From positions 82,156,822 to 82,220,821 of the forward strand of contig NC_068989.1 in the NCBI RefSeq assembly GCF_001194135.2: 64,000 nt of DNA. Reading direction: 5' to 3'. The position numbers and the translations under genes are program-made. Positions within the stretch are counted from its first letter, which is position 1. Each line of letters starts with the position of its first letter. The notes beneath the pieces are model-generated. The model did not search any database, was not told the origin of the DNA, and was given only the letters and a program-made list of their open reading frames with translations. Source of the DNA: Octopus bimaculoides (Eukaryota). Below are positions 37,150 to 52,003 of this stretch, one piece after another.

Positions 37150-37630
37150 TCATCATCATCGTTTAACGTCCGCTTTCCATGCTAGCATGGGTTGGACGAT
37201 TTGACTGAGGACTGGTGAAACCAGATGGCTACACCAGGCTCCAATCTGATTTGGCAGAGTTTCTACAGCTGGATGCCCTTCCTAACGCCAACCACTCTGA
37301 GAGTGTAGTGGGTGCTTTTACGTGCCACCAGCATGCGGGCCAGTTAGGCAGTTCTGGCAATGACCATGCTCAAAAGGTGTTTTTACGTGCTACCTGCATG
37401 GGAGCCAGTCCAGTGGCACTGGCAATGACCAAGCTCAAATGTTGTTTTTCACGTGCCACCGGCGCATGTGCCGGTAAGGCGACACTGGCAACGATCATGT
37501 TCGAATGGTGCTTTTCATGAGTAACTGGCACGGGAGACAATTTGTGGCCTTGGCAACGGTCATGCTCGGATGCGCTTTTAATATTCCACTGGCATGAATG
37601 CCAATCAGGCAGTATTGTCATTGGCCATGT
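37150..37630 (-). mobile_element. SINE family C with about 5 internal units of roughly 58 bp
   Basis: (CAT)n tail and repeated GTGCCACC..GGCACTGGCAA..GCTC..TGGTGCTTTT units. Confidence 0.88.
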
Positions 37631-38019
37631 CTGCGATATTTATATATATATATTTTATATTTTATGCACATATAGTATATTTGAAGATGTATATCTTGCG
37701 TTAAACTCTATGTGATCTTAGAAGTAACATACTATGTTAGGTGTAAGGGATATTGTACTATAGATTGGATTCAAATTATTTTAGACAAGTTTTGGTTTTA
37801 AAGGTAGAAAAAATTATGTGATGTTCACATTTTTCTCTTTGGATTAATTAAAATAACTTTACATCAGATTGTCTGTGGATCTATTTCAAAATATTAGGAT
37901 TATAACTGTAATATCTATAATTCCTCATCTCAAAATCATATTTTGTGGACACCAGTACTATGTGTGTGTATGTGCGTACACTCACATACAAGTTTATATA
38001 CATACCTCACTCCCCGCTA

Positions 38020-38082
<63 letters not shown>

Positions 38083-38129
38083 TATACACATACACACACA
38101 TAAATATAAATATATATGCAGCAATGTCA

Positions 38130-38550
38130 GTGATATCCAGTATCAAATTTACCAGCTCATTTGCCCTCATTCTGTCAAGTTTGTTATTACATCCAACAAA
38201 TAATGTTCACCTCATTTCCAATGAACCACATTTACCTTGTTCCTTCTTAACAACTATTTCAGGCCTTTTACTTCATTGCACAATAGTTCTTTTTAGTATT
38301 GACAAAACACATCATACCATTGCAAACCTTTGATTTTCGCTCCTAATATTTCATAACCACATAGTGCCTTCTACATTCAATGCCCATATTGCACAGCCAT
38401 ACAAAGTCTGCTATCTTCGTTGCACATATTTCACAGTCACAGTGTATCTTTCACCTTCACTGTTTATATTTCACTATTACACGATATCTTTATACTTCAC
38501 TGCCCATATTTCAATGCCGTATCACATCACACCATTCACAAATCTTCAAT
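38130..38550 (-). mobile_element. Degraded RTE-like LINE fragment
   Basis: Minus-strand LYGCAIWALNVEG resembles the RTE LYGCETW motif. Confidence 0.5.
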
Positions 38551-38875
38551 ATAGTTTCTGAAGTTAATTGTAAATAAGAATAATAAAGGAGGTGACTGAT
38601 GACTGACAATAATGACTGAGACTGATGACAATGACTGATGACGTTGATGACTGATGGTGATTGATGATGACTGACAATGATGATGATGACTGACGATGAT
38701 GATGATGACTGACTGATAATGGCTGATGATGATGATGGCTGGTGATGATGGTGACTGATGATGATGATGATGATGACGACCATGATCATAAATTTAACGA
38801 GGATTTTTTTCTTTTTTTGACACTTGCTGAATATGGGGTGAGTGACAGTGGTTATAACCTTTGAAAGCCCTCTAC

Positions 38876-39233
38876 GGGACTTATTCTTTGTACACCTAGT
38901 ACTTATTCTATCATTCTCTTTTGCCGAACTGCTAAGTGATGGGGACATAAACACACCAGCATCGGTTGTCAAGCAATGCTAGGGGGACAAACACAGACAC
39001 ACAAACACACATATATATATATATACTGAAAGAAGCCCGTCATATATATGTATATATATATACATATATACGACAGGCTTCTTTCAGTTTCCGTCTACCA
39101 AATCCACTCACAAGGCTTTGGTCGACCCGAGGCTATAGTAGAATACACTTGCCCAAGGTGCCACACAGTGGGACTGAACCTGGAACCATGTGGTTGGTAA
39201 GCAAGCTACTTATCACACAGCCACTCCTGCGCC
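38876..39233 (-). mobile_element. SINE family B, near full length
   Basis: Reverse complement of 34547-34956. Confidence 0.9.
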
Positions 39234-40105
39234 TATGTTAAGAATATGTCAAAAGCATATTCTTAACACAGTGACACCCAGTATTTGGCGCAACTGTGAG
39301 GGTTCTAACTGAGAGTTACTCACATTTATATGCGAAGGACCTGTTGAGAGTCACTTATGTTTAGGATTTGTGTCTATGTGGTAGGAACCAAATGATGTGA
39401 CATGATGTATTTCCCAGTGAGATTAGTAAAGCTAGTTCAACGAAGCAATGATAAAGAATAAATAGTACCAAGTAATGTTTACCTTCACCAATTCTATCTT
39501 ATACCTGACATAGACAAAAGAGAATTTTATACGAAGATTATTTTCTTTAATACATTTTCATCAATTTTATTCTAGTTGTTTTACATTTATGTGGGTTTGA
39601 TGGGTCTGACTCTCATAAAAACAACCAAGATAGTAATTTGATTTAGAAGCTGCAATGAAAATGTCTGTATAGTATTTTGAAAGATATCACTGGGGTTACC
39701 TGTATGTATTCAGGTAATAAAACAGAGGGAGCTAACAGAAGGTAGTGGAGGCAGGGGGCAAGAAAAACAAAACCCCCATCAACACATTCATACAAGAACA
39801 TACAGGTAATGTATCACTTCATTGAAAAGTGTTGGGGAAGGGGCGAATGCCATCAACCAGATTCCAACATACCAAACCTATTTGCAAAGGATGAAGTTGA
39901 TTGTTTTCAGCTCTGGTGTCTAGCAACTCGTGAAACACAATACATTGCAGCTCAAACTTTACATGTGACTACAACTTACTCCACACGTACACACATTTGT
40001 TGGGAACATTGTTTTAGTTTAACCCTAGGTAAACTTTGAATAAGTAAACTTATAATCAAAGGTATTTAGCTGTAACCATTTCATTTTTCCTATTTCTGGT
40101 AATAT

Positions 40106-40533
40106 ATCCAATGTGGCTACAATGGATGTAGTGCTAGTACAAAGACCATGCTATCCAATGTGTCTACAATGGATGTAGTGTTAGTACAAAGACCATGCTA
40201 TCCAATGTGGCTACAATGGATGTAGTGCTAGTACAAAGACCATGCTATCCAATGTGGCTACAATGGATGTAGTGTTAGTACAAAGACCATGCTATCCAAT
40301 GTGTCTACAATGGATGTAGTGCNNNNNNNNNNATATCCAATGTGGCTACAATGGATGTAGTGCTAGTACAAAGACCATGCTATCCAATGTGGCTACAATG
40401 GATGTAGTGTTAGTACAAAGACCATGCTATCCAATGTGTCTACAATGGATGTAGTGCTAGTACAAAGACCATGCTATCCAATGTGGCTACAATGGATGTA
40501 GTGCTAGTACAAAGACCCTGCTATCCAATGTGT
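40106..40533. repeat. Homogeneous 47-bp minisatellite (ATCCAATGTGGCTACAATGGATGTAGTGCTAGTACAAAGACCATGCT), at least 8 units, collapsed at a 10-N gap
   Basis: Period of 47 measured between 40106 and 40153. Only a few recurring variant positions. Confidence 0.95.
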
Positions 40534-41439
40534 CTCTTCTTATCTGAAGATGACAGCTTGTGACTGAAAGAAATTTAGTTGCTATGTCTAGCAGACCACT
40601 AGTTTATCAGTAACACTGATAGTAATATCACAGGTATTTCCCCAAACTAAACACCAATAAATAGGGAGCAGAAATGACAAATATTTTCTTGGTAATTATT
40701 GTTTCTTGCTATTTCAAACTCTGTAGTACAATCAAAATTACACGACAGGTGGCAAATTACCAGCATACATACCATTGACATCAGCCCAGCTAGCTTTCAA
40801 CAACATTAGCTTTACATAGCAGACATTTGTAACACTTATACCAATATAGTAATAAGGCCTTGGATGTCTTAAGGCAGCAGCAACTCTATAGAATGGAAAC
40901 CTAGATTCTCTTGGTGGAGGACATTTCAAGTACAGATCATTACAAGATAGCAGACAAGGTGAATGATTCAGTTGTGAAATAGGACTGAACCCAGGATTAA
41001 TTCTCAAAGCCAATAAGTATTTGTAACGTAGGCACAAGGATACAAACTAGCGTGAGGATTATATAAACAAGTAGTTCCACCCAGTGCTCAGCTAATATTT
41101 ATCTTATTAACCCTGGATATATGAACGACAATGTCATCTTCAGAGTGATTTGAACACTGAACGTAAAGATCCACAAATAAATAATCCAAAACATTTTGTT
41201 AATCACTCTAACGATTCTGTCAAAATTTTTAACACTAGCACACATTTTGAGGGGAGAGAAATACTGACTTCAGTGTGTAACTGGTAGCTTAACTACCACT
41301 CCTGTTATTACTACTATTGCAAGGCATTAATAATAATAATAATAATAATTATAATAATAATAATAATGATTTCAAATTTTGCCACAAGGGCAGCCATTTT
41401 GGGGGAGTTGATTACATTGAATAAATAATAATAATAATA

Positions 41440-41948
41440 ATAATAATGGTTTCAAATTTTGGGCACAGGGTCAGTAGTTTTTGAGGGGAGCGGGGAAGTC
41501 GATTACATCCATCCCAGTACTTAACTGGTACTTATTTTATCAACTCCAAAATGACGAAAGGCCAAGTTGACTTTGGCAGAATTTGAACTCAGAATGTCAA
41601 GACAAATGAAATGCAGCTAAGCATTTTGTCCGGCATGCTGATGGCTCTGTCAACTTGTGCCTTCAACCTCGGCAGAATTTGAACTCAGAATGTAAAGCAC
41701 TTTGTCTGCCATATACACACTAAGCATTTTGTCTGGCATATACAAACGCACACACACACACACGGTATTTCGTCTGCCATTACGTTCTGAGTTCAAATTC
41801 CGCCGAGGTCGACTTTGCCTTTCATCCTTTCGGGGTCGATAAATTAAGTACCAGTTATGCAGTGGGGTCGATGTAATCGACTTAATCTCCTTGTCTGTCC
41901 TTGTTTGTCCCCTCTATGTTTAGCCCCTTGTGGGCAATAAAGAAATAA
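41440..41948. mobile_element. Adjacent inverted SINE family A copies (minus 41440-41740, plus 41763-41948)
   Basis: GAATTTGAACTCAGAA on one side and TTCTGAGTTCAAATTC on the other, about 100-200 bp apart. Confidence 0.85.
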
Positions 41949-42232
41949 AAAACACACATATTCCTCTAATCAAGTTTTTACCATTAATTTTTTTTATTCT
42001 TAATCTTTAATTATGAATTGTAATTTTGATTTTATATTTTTTTCAATATTAGTTTTTCAATATTAGTAAACTTCGTTTGACTCCTTTTTATACTAAATTC
42101 ATAGCAATCACTTGCCTCCTTTAAATGTGTAGATTTTTCACTGTTTCATCCATCTAAACCTGCTTCTATGATTATCTCTTCCATCTTTCCCACTTTTACT
42201 CTCCTTTTATCCTACTTTCTTTCTTTTTTACT

Positions 42233-42267
<35 letters not shown>

Positions 42268-44339
42268 TTTACTGTTTACTTTGAAGTTAGTCTAGAAATC
42301 CCCATCCTAGCTGATTTATGATTCTGTGTAATGCTACTCATATCTGAATTCTGCTTTACTCCGTCGACCAGACAACATTCTGAATATACAGACTAAATAA
42401 TAAGTTCAGTTTCAAAATTAATCATATCAAATGATACACAATAACTTCTGTCCTCTATGCCTCACTACTCTTTCATTTATTTACATGTCTAAGCGGATGC
42501 TTCCTTGCTAGAAGATATAGGCTCCTCCACAAATTTGTATCTACATGTAGAGGATTTCATCATACACTCATGAAGAAATGACCACAGGGTGTATGTAGTA
42601 TGATTTAATATTACATAATCATTGATTATATTCATGTTTTCTACCTTGTGAAATAATTTGTCTGATCCTTATATTATTAAAATTGTAACCAAAAAACAAA
42701 TGTGATAACAGTACCTCCATTATTTCACTTGCTGTATTATACTCCAAGACTGACAGTAACTTTCTGGATTTTCATTTTGTTTGAAACACTTTCTTTGACA
42801 GAAGTACTATGTTTTTCTCTATACACTCTGTTAGCCAGTATTTGCATGAGTGCTGACTGAGGTAACTACCTGGATTCCTGAATCACCTTTCATTCCCTAT
42901 CATATATACAACCCCATTGTAAATCAACGTCTATAAAACATACTATCTCACTCACACAATACACATACAACACATATTCACATTACACATATACACGTTA
43001 CACAGACTACCTCACACATATACACACAATATTATTATTATTATCACAACAAGACATTATGTTAACGCATAAGCAAACTGTATCCAATAATTTTACAACA
43101 GTAGATCACCACCCTTGTCTGCCAACTTTCTCAACATAACTGGCCACCACCAATACTATTGCACACTTCTGTTAGGTGCACAATTTTACACAATACCATC
43201 AGCACTTGTGATCGTAAGGTTGTGAGTTTGATTCCTGGCAGCATGTTATATCCTTGAGCAAGACACTTAATTTCACATTGCTTCAGTCCACTAAGCTGGT
43301 AAAAATGAGTTCATCATCATCATCATGGTTTAACATCCGCTTTGCATGCTAGCATGGGTTGGACGATTTGACTGAGGACTGGTGAACCAGATGGCTACAC
43401 CAGGCTCCAATCTGATTTAGCAGAGTTTCTACAGATGGATGCCCTTCCTAACGCCAACCACTCCAAGAGTGTAGTGGGTGTTGTACCTGTAATTCAAAAA
43501 GGCCATCCTTGTCATATTCTGTGTCGAGCAGAATCTCCCTGACAACTACATTGAGGGTACACATGTCTGTGGAGAGTGTTCAGCCACTTGCATGTTAATT
43601 TCACAAGCAGAGCAGACTATTCCATTGATTGGATTGAGTGGAACATGCCACATCATAACCGATGGAGAGCCAGGCCACCAGCACCAATCAACAAACACTA
43701 CTGTATTTTCCAGCATACAGGTCAAAGTAGTATATAGTATAAACACATAATCATTCAGACATTGGCATTATCTTTCCAAAACTTGCTATATTTCACATGT
43801 AGTTGTAAGTTTTAGTCCTTCAAAGTCGTCTTGGTATCTAAGTCAACCTGCCTTCTTTTGGCTACATATTTTGGTCTGAAAAATTTGACTTGCATGCTGG
43901 AAGATATGGTATTTTAGGTACACATTTCTGGTCAATTGTATCTTGTTATTGAAAATGAACAAGACTTCATCTCTCAGGAACATTAGAGGATATAACTACA
44001 CAGGAGACCAGTGATCCATGACTGCTCCTACCTACACAACTATATCTTGCATGTGATGAAACAAAAACAGTATTTCATTGTTGCAGACATGTACCATAAG
44101 GTCTGCCAGCTGTTTGCTGTTTTAAAAAGTTTGGTTCCTCAACTACATCATAGATGCATGGTAGTGACCAGAGTAATCCCATTATTATCTGAGGTACACA
44201 TCTGTCTCAGGGTCATTGTGGATATCACCTTTACAGCAGTTCAAAATTTCACTTATGATGATTGAGTTTCCTCTGTGCAATCCACTATAGTGACCTATCT
44301 TGGTATGCATTTTGGACACACACACATGCATACATGCAA

Positions 44340-44371
<32 letters not shown>

Positions 44372-44439
44372 CAATACTGGATGACTGCTGACTTTCTCTT
44401 TAGTTTATCCACTGATTGATTTTGCTTTTAATCCTGCAG

Positions 44440-44556
44440 GTTACTCCAAAATCACTCTCCTCATTTGGAGGAGTTGCAGGTATATCCCCTACTGATCCGA
44501 CAATGCAACATACTGCATTGGGTATATGCTACCAGAAGTACCCGGGAGTACTCTGA
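44440..44556 (+). CDS. Candidate terminal or internal exon (VTPKSLSSFGGVAGISPTDPTMQHTALGICYQKYPGVL*)
   Basis: Branch-like CTGAT at 44412-16, then TTTTGCTTTTAATCCTGCAG| and 38 protein-like codons. No homolog recognised. Confidence 0.3.
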   Translation, partial: VTPKSLSSFGGVAGISPTDPTMQHTALGICYQKYPGVL

Positions 44557-45004
44557 CAGTATGCACATGTCTATATTGTAGTAGTTAGACATTTCTACAT
44601 TAGGTGCACAATATAATGCGCACTACATTAGGTGTACAATTCTACACTATATTAGTTGCGCAGTCCTACTCTATAACAGGTGTACAATTCTACATTTTCT
44701 ATACAGTTAGTTGCCCAATTGTACAGTTCACCAGGTGCATCAAGACACAAATACAAACAGTTACCAAGAAATTCAGTTTTATCCAAAGACACTTAAATAC
44801 CAATTCTTCAGAGATTGTTATTATTTCTGCTGTTGTTCCTGTTTTAAGTAAATTTAGCTACAGAGCATGTTGATCAAATAACAACAGTCAGCTGAAATTA
44901 ACACAGCTACCCCCATATAGCTTTCATACCCCACATTGCACTATATAAACAACTGTATACTCGTCTCCCTATCTCTCTTCCTTTCTATAAAAATATGTAG
45001 CCGC

Positions 45005-45026
45005 TCTCCCCCCCCTCTCTCTCTCC

Positions 45027-45100
<74 letters not shown>
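45005..45100. repeat. (CT)n/(CA)n microsatellite
   Basis: Read directly from the sequence. Confidence 0.95.
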
Positions 45101-45104
<4 letters not shown>

Positions 45105-47466
45105 GTACCTGTCTGTGTCTCCCCCTCTCTAACATACCCTAAATAGAAATGAGATATCAGAATCTGCAAAAAGTTAAAATTTTAATGGGTGCAGAGTAGT
45201 GTTATGACTGTGTGTGTGTGTGTGTGTGGTTGATTGATGTGTATTTGTATGAGTGTGGACGTATGTATGCTTGACTGAGTGTGTATGTGTGTGTGTGTGA
45301 GAGAGTGAATGTGTATGTGATTGATATGTGTTTGTATGACTATAAGTGTGAATATATGTGATTATGTGTATTTGTGGATTACAAGAATTTTTCCTAAGAA
45401 CTGCCTTAAGTTGAAAACCAAAAAAAAAAAAAAAAATACATAACGAGAAAACAGTAATTCACTCCATTACCCCCAATCAACCTCACCCAAATGATATATT
45501 ATCTTAAACTACTAAAAAAATTTATCCATAAGATATAAATACAAAATACAGTACTGAAATTAACTCATATTTCTAAAAACCTTGAGTAAAGCATAAATGC
45601 TCAAACTTCCTAATTTCTTTTGATACACTCAAACTTAAAACTAATCTGAAAAATGATCATTTTGAAGATCCTTAATGACATATTAATTATTTCAACTGCT
45701 AATTGAACTATCTGTCTATTTAATATCTTGCATGTCTACTCGTCTGCCTTATCTACTTCACATGTTGCCAATACCTTAGCAACATGGACACCTTCATAGC
45801 TATCTGTCTACAACTAGTGTGTATACACGTGTGTGTGTGCATGTATATATATATATATGTACATATATGTATGGATATATGCATATGTTTATATATTATT
45901 TATATTATTATTATTATTATATATATTTATCTTTTACTTGTTTCAGTCATTTGACTGCAGCCATGCTGTGGCACTACCTTGAAGGGTTTTAGTTAAATGA
46001 GTCGGCCCCAGTACAGTATGAACCCGGAACTTATTCTATCAGTCTCTTTTGTTGAATAACTAAGTTACATGGACATAAACTAACTAACTCTGATTGTCTA
46101 GCGGTGGAGTGGGGAACAAACAAACACAAACACACACACACACACACACACGATGGAAGAAACTTGCCCAAGGCACCAAGCAATTGGACTGAAACTTTGG
46201 TTGGGAACAAAGCTTCTTACCACATAGCCACATATACATGTGTGTACATATGTATATATAAATGTTTGTATATCTATCTACCTTGTGCACCTACTTACCT
46301 ATATACATATTTATCACCAGAATCTACCTACCTACATTCAAACCTATATATTTATCACCAGTCCACATACCTACCCACTCACCTACCTACCACCAGTCTG
46401 CTTTATCCCACTCCCGTCACTTCAAGTGATAATAGCCAGACATTTTTTGTACAGATTTGTCAAAGGAAGAAGAAACTTGCATATGACTTTTGGAAGGACC
46501 TCCAAGACTGGGGTGTGGGGTAACACAAGGAAGAGCACCCCCCCCCCCCNNNNNNNNNNGTTCCACAAGATTTCTGTTATAGTAGACGATACCTGATCAA
46601 GGTGCCATGCAATGGAATTGGACCCAGAATTTCACCCATGCCTGCATTCACCTCCATACAAGATAGCATCCTAAATCACTAGTGTATAACCCAACTGCTA
46701 GAATCCCTGTAGCCCCACCTAACTAGTGTAATCCCTCCCCTCAAACCTTCCCCTGATGTTGCCTATCTCCTTCTCCCACTTCCCCTATCTATTCCCCCCT
46801 ACACACTTGTAAATCCTCACTCCTTCAATTATTACTACTTCTGCTACCTGAGGTGCCACCTGGACACCTCATCAACACTGTCTATTTCTTTGGAGATATC
46901 CCTAATCCATTCTCTCTCACTCTCTCTCCTAAATGTGGGTAGCCATGTAGCTCTCTACAAGAACTTGCTCTGCCCCTGTCTCTTCTCTCATACCACAACC
47001 CCTGTCTAACATGCAGATGCAGCCTCCACCCTTACTGGGTTTGTTAACACACAAGCTACATGATGGCCTCAATAGGTCTGGTTACAAGGAAAAAAAGCAC
47101 CCAGTACACTGTAAAGTGGTTGGCATTAGGAAGAGTATCCAACCACAGAAATCATGCTAAAGCAGACATTGGGGTATGGTGCAGTCCTTCAACTCATCAG
47201 ATCCTTGTCAAACTGTCCAACTAATTGCCAGCATGGAACGTGGATGCTAAATGATGTTGATGATATATATATATATATATTAGATGTGCACAAAGTAGCA
47301 TTGAATGAAATATAGGCGTGTACAATCACATTCAATATGTTCATGTCATAAAAAGCCATGCAGTGGATATATAAGGACAAGATTCCTTGAACAATTTTTG
47401 CAGTGCATATTTTTTCATGTTTGAGTGAACATGAATACGTTAAATATAACTGTACACACTTATGTA

Positions 47467-47681
47467 TGAAGGGGTGCTGAAAAGTTCCTGTTTTTAAGGA
47501 TATTGCAAAAGGCCTGGTTGGAGGCCCAACCTTCTAAGTTCTTTCACAGAGCTTAGAAGACCTGAAGGACCACTGCAATAAGTGTGTGAACCAGAGTGAA
47601 ATATGGTGAATAAAATCATAATTAACTGATCCTCCTGTATTTTCTTTTACCCAAAGCCAGGAACTTTTCAGCACCCCCTCA
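47467..47681. mobile_element. Mariner-type MITE
   Basis: TIR TGA(A/G)GGGGTGCTGAAAAGTTCCTG at both ends. Confidence 0.85.
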
Positions 47682-47977
47682 CCCTACCCTTCATATATAT
47701 ACAAAACAGATATGTGATAGCAGTATATCCAAGTAGTAAGACTTCAAAAAAGGCTGTGGGTTGATCCATTTCCTTGAAATGTTGCTTAAATATATCTTTT
47801 ATGTGTGAACCAAATTCACACAATAGTGTTTGTTTAACAGTAGATGTATATATTATGTGGTTGTAGATCTTTCTTATATTGGTGTATTTGTTTATACATT
47901 ATACACACACACACACATTCATACTTAAATGCATGTACATGTGCAGTGTGCTTACGTTTTATATATTGCATATGTGT

Positions 47978-48015
<38 letters not shown>

Positions 48016-48121
48016 NNNNNNNNNNNNNNNNNNNNNNNNNNNNNNNNNNNNNNNNNNNNNNNNNNNNNNNNNNNNNNNNNNNNNNNNNNNNNNNATATGT
48101 AAATAAATATATAGAAATAAA

Positions 48122-48169
<48 letters not shown>

Positions 48170-49289
48170 CACATATATGTGATGTGTGCATACATCATAT
48201 ATATGTATCATGTATACGTATGTATGATTATGCATCCTATATGACATATGCGCATACACAATTCCTACGAGAATATTGAAGGTGTGTATCTGTGTGTATA
48301 TTCGTTACCTTGATCATCTCTTTAGCAGCTGTTCTTCTACAATGGCTACCTGACACACACGCACACACACACACACACACACACCAACAAACATCAGTGT
48401 ACCGATATAAAAACGCAGCACACCCACACACGCAAACATATACGTATGAACACACTTGCACACATGTAAGGATATGCAAGAGGAACTTGCATGAGCAGCT
48501 ATATCAATACACACACACACACACGTGCATATAGAACATGTTGAGAAGGCAAAATGCCAAATTTCATTAATCTTCAGGAAGCTGTTCGTGTTGATGTTTA
48601 TTATGTTTTCTGTGTACGGGGTCTCCTACCCAACCCAGTCCCCACCTCATCGTACACTTCCTTGGTAGCTACAATCTACTACTGTTACCATTTTATTACA
48701 TGTTCTCAACAACAGCCCCCTACATATACACACATAGTTAACCCTCTCTAGCCTGTATTTCACTTAACTGATACATGTCTAATACTGCATGAAATATAGA
48801 CATACATATGTTGTTTCTTTAGTCCCTGGGTCAATAGTGATTGAGTGGTCTTGTGATCTGAGATATTCCACTTTGGAGCACCTCATCTTTTCAGGAGGCG
48901 TCCTTCCTTCTTAAGATGATAAAGTATGATTTGAATGTGATTTGGTTACCATTTCTAGCAGGTTGAATGATGGCATAGTGGTTTCCTTGTTGGTTCATAT
49001 TCATGTGCGCATTTGCATACACAGATACACACCCAGATACATGTGTACATGTGTACACATACACAGACATGTATAAGATATATGCATAGGTGTATGTCTA
49101 TATATATTCATACATACATACATACATACATATTTATATATATATATGTGTGTGCATGCATATATATATATACATATATCCATAGAGAGAGTGAGAGAGA
49201 GAGAGAAACTTATATACTGTGTTTGTGAACACAACTTTAGGATGCCAACATAATGTTACACAGCATGCACCAAATTTTGAATTTCTCAT

Positions 49290-50220
49290 CTCTCTTTAAA
49301 ACATATGGACACCATCAGCATGGCAGATTCTAATATGATACAGGAAACGAAGAGGCACACTGTGCTTCAGGCCTAGCTGCCAACCACAGCAACTCAGAAA
49401 TCACCAGCTTCTAGAGCGTGGCCAAGACATTTGTGTTCAAGGATGAGAAAGAGCTTGGGGTTGATGTATAGCTAAGAGAAAGAAACATTCACAGTGGTCA
49501 GATGTCAGGACATGTGAGTTCATTTAGTAATTTCAGGACATTGTCAATAATCCCAGACAGTCAATGAGGGCCATTGTTGTCCAGTTCAAGATAGCAGGGT
49601 TCATTATCAGTCACATGCTACATGAGAACATTAGGCACAAATCCTATGTGATCATAAGACGACAGTTTATATCTGCCAAGACCTCAGGGAAGCATATGAC
49701 CCAGTGGAAACACTAAACAAATTCTAGTACAACAAGAAAGCCATCATGCTCTCTTTTTCTTCTTTTTTTCTTTTTCATGATAAAAACCTTAACTCGTTCT
49801 GTACTAGTTCTTTAACCAGTTCATGATCTGAACTTTAACTAGATAAGTACTTTAAATGGGAATGTTTACCTTTTGAGAGATGTCAGCATTGAGTTTCCAT
49901 AATCTCTGATGGTCCTAAGCAATAAGGGTTATGTCACGCTGCCTCATTTCTTCCTGAAGTACCCAAGGCACAATGTCACTGCTTGCATCAAAATACTGGA
50001 CATAGAAGTCAAGTCCTGGATGTGGGGCGGTGTATTCCAGTGACACCCTGCTTCTTCCAATTTAAGCCCTCGTGACACTGAAGTGGTGGGCTAACAATCT
50101 TTCCAATCATGTAATGTTCAACCTCTCCTAATTTGAACTCCCAAAACTACTGTATCTGAAGTATGCTAAGGAATCATTAGGGGCTGTCATCATGCAGTCT
50201 CTAACATGGCCACATTTTGA
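49290..50220 (+). pseudogene. Degraded Tc1/mariner transposase (maT/DD37D-like)
   Basis: Frameshifted remnants AANHSNSEITSF*SVAKTFVFK, QDIVNNPRQSMRAIV...HENIRHKSYVIIRRQFISAKT and MVLSNKGYVTLPHFF...IKILDIEVKSW...VFQ resemble maT-group transposases. Subfamily is inferred from memory. Confidence 0.7.
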
Positions 50221-50595
50221 CTTTCATTAGGGTTGTGGTTGATTTTGTTGTAAAGCATATTCACTTGGTTTGTCTAACTTAATGTGTGCTGGTCAGTTTT
50301 CTTTGAGTATGTTGTATTTTTTCTGCTTGGCATCTGTTTTATTCTCAGTTGCATGGCTACCTAAATATTTATACATACATACATACATATAGAATATAAG
50401 GATATAAATCACATTAATGATTTTTATCAGTTATTCAGCATGCTATTAAATTTTATAGGCAATATATACATTAAATTAATAATAATAAATTATATACATA
50501 TGTAGTATATTATTAATTTAATTTATATATATATATAGGTTATATATGTTTCATAGGTTTCTGCATGAAATAATGTGCATGTGTGTATGTGTACG

Positions 50596-50627
<32 letters not shown>

Positions 50628-50684
50628 AACAAACAGTTAATGATATCTATCTATCTATATATATATACACACACAAGCAGTTAA

Positions 50685-50762
<78 letters not shown>

Positions 50763-51189
50763 AAAAAATAAATATTTCCTTCTCGAGCTCTGCCAGACTC
50801 ATGAGGGCCAGTTTCCTGGTTTCAATGGCATATATATATTCCCCACTCATTTTTGCCTGCTGAGTGGACTGGAGCAATGTGAAATGAAGTGCTTTGCTCA
50901 AGAACACAATGCATCACCCTGTCCAGGAATCAAAACCACAGTCTCACCATCATGAGTCCAACACCCTAACCACTAAGCCATGCACCTTCACAAATATCAT
51001 CATCATTTAATATTCATGTTCCATGCTGGCATGGATTGGATAGCTTTGAATAGTGCTCAAGGCTCAATGTCTGCTTTATCATGGTTTCTATGGCAGGATG
51101 CCCTTCCTAAGGCCAAATACTTTACAGAGTGTACTGAAGGTTATTTTCCATGGTATTAGCACTACTACAGTGGTGATGAGGAGGCAGGG

Positions 51190-51930
51190 TGGACCTTCAA
51201 GGTGACTAAAAGTGAACGGGGTCCAGAAGAATAAAGAATGTGGGTGGGTAGAGGTTGCAGGAGTGTATGAGAGAGTGAGAAATTGGGAATAGGTGAGGGA
51301 GTGAATATAATGAATGAAAATAAGTGTCAAGGGCTAATAAGCAAGGATGGAAGGGAAATGTAGGTGAGAACTGTAGAAATTGGGTAGGGTTGAGAAGCGG
51401 ATGTAGTAACTGGTGGATAGAGGTGAAGGGGGTGCCCCATGATTCATATGATTGGAGGAAAAATAGAAGATGACTGACAGTGCAGAAAAAGGGTAGGCGT
51501 GAAGAGCAATAGTAAAGTAATAATAATACAGTAAACAGGGGAAGGATGCGAGAGAAAGATGTGTAATTGGATAAATTGCAAGAGGGTGAGGAGAGAGGCA
51601 GATGCAATGCATGGGGAAAAGTAAGAGATGTATGGTGGTTGAGAAGGGGAGATAATTTGGTGGCTCAGGAGGGTGATTATTGAAAAATGTGGGAAGAGGA
51701 CAGTCTGGAGAATGAAAGATGGATATCAAGTGAAATACTTCAGGGTAGTGAGAAAGACAAGTAGTATCAGGAAAAGATGGAGAAGTATGCAATTCTGCTC
51801 ACATTCAATTACTGCAGCTAGAGAGATGATGATTGGTGGGGATGTTTTGAGGAGGAAATTGGGCAAGGGGCCCAGTTGTGCATGTATGTACATATGGTGC
51901 TTCCAGAATCTCAATTTCACTGAAATAGGT
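51190..51930 (-). mobile_element. CT-rich dispersed repeat (second copy of the 614-1130 family), possibly Penelope-derived
   Basis: Shares translated segments with 614-1130. Confidence 0.45.
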
Positions 51931-51950
51931 GAGTCTTCTTAAGAACTGCA

Positions 51951-52003
<53 letters not shown>

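Noticed and set aside
39478-39530. Minus-strand TCTCTTTTGTCTATGTCAG|GTATAA as a second recursive site
   Set aside because: The donor GTATAA is far from consensus.
40106-40533. Regular 47-bp repeats resembling a CRISPR array
   Set aside because: The units are contiguous with no unique spacers, the DNA is eukaryotic, and there are no cas genes.
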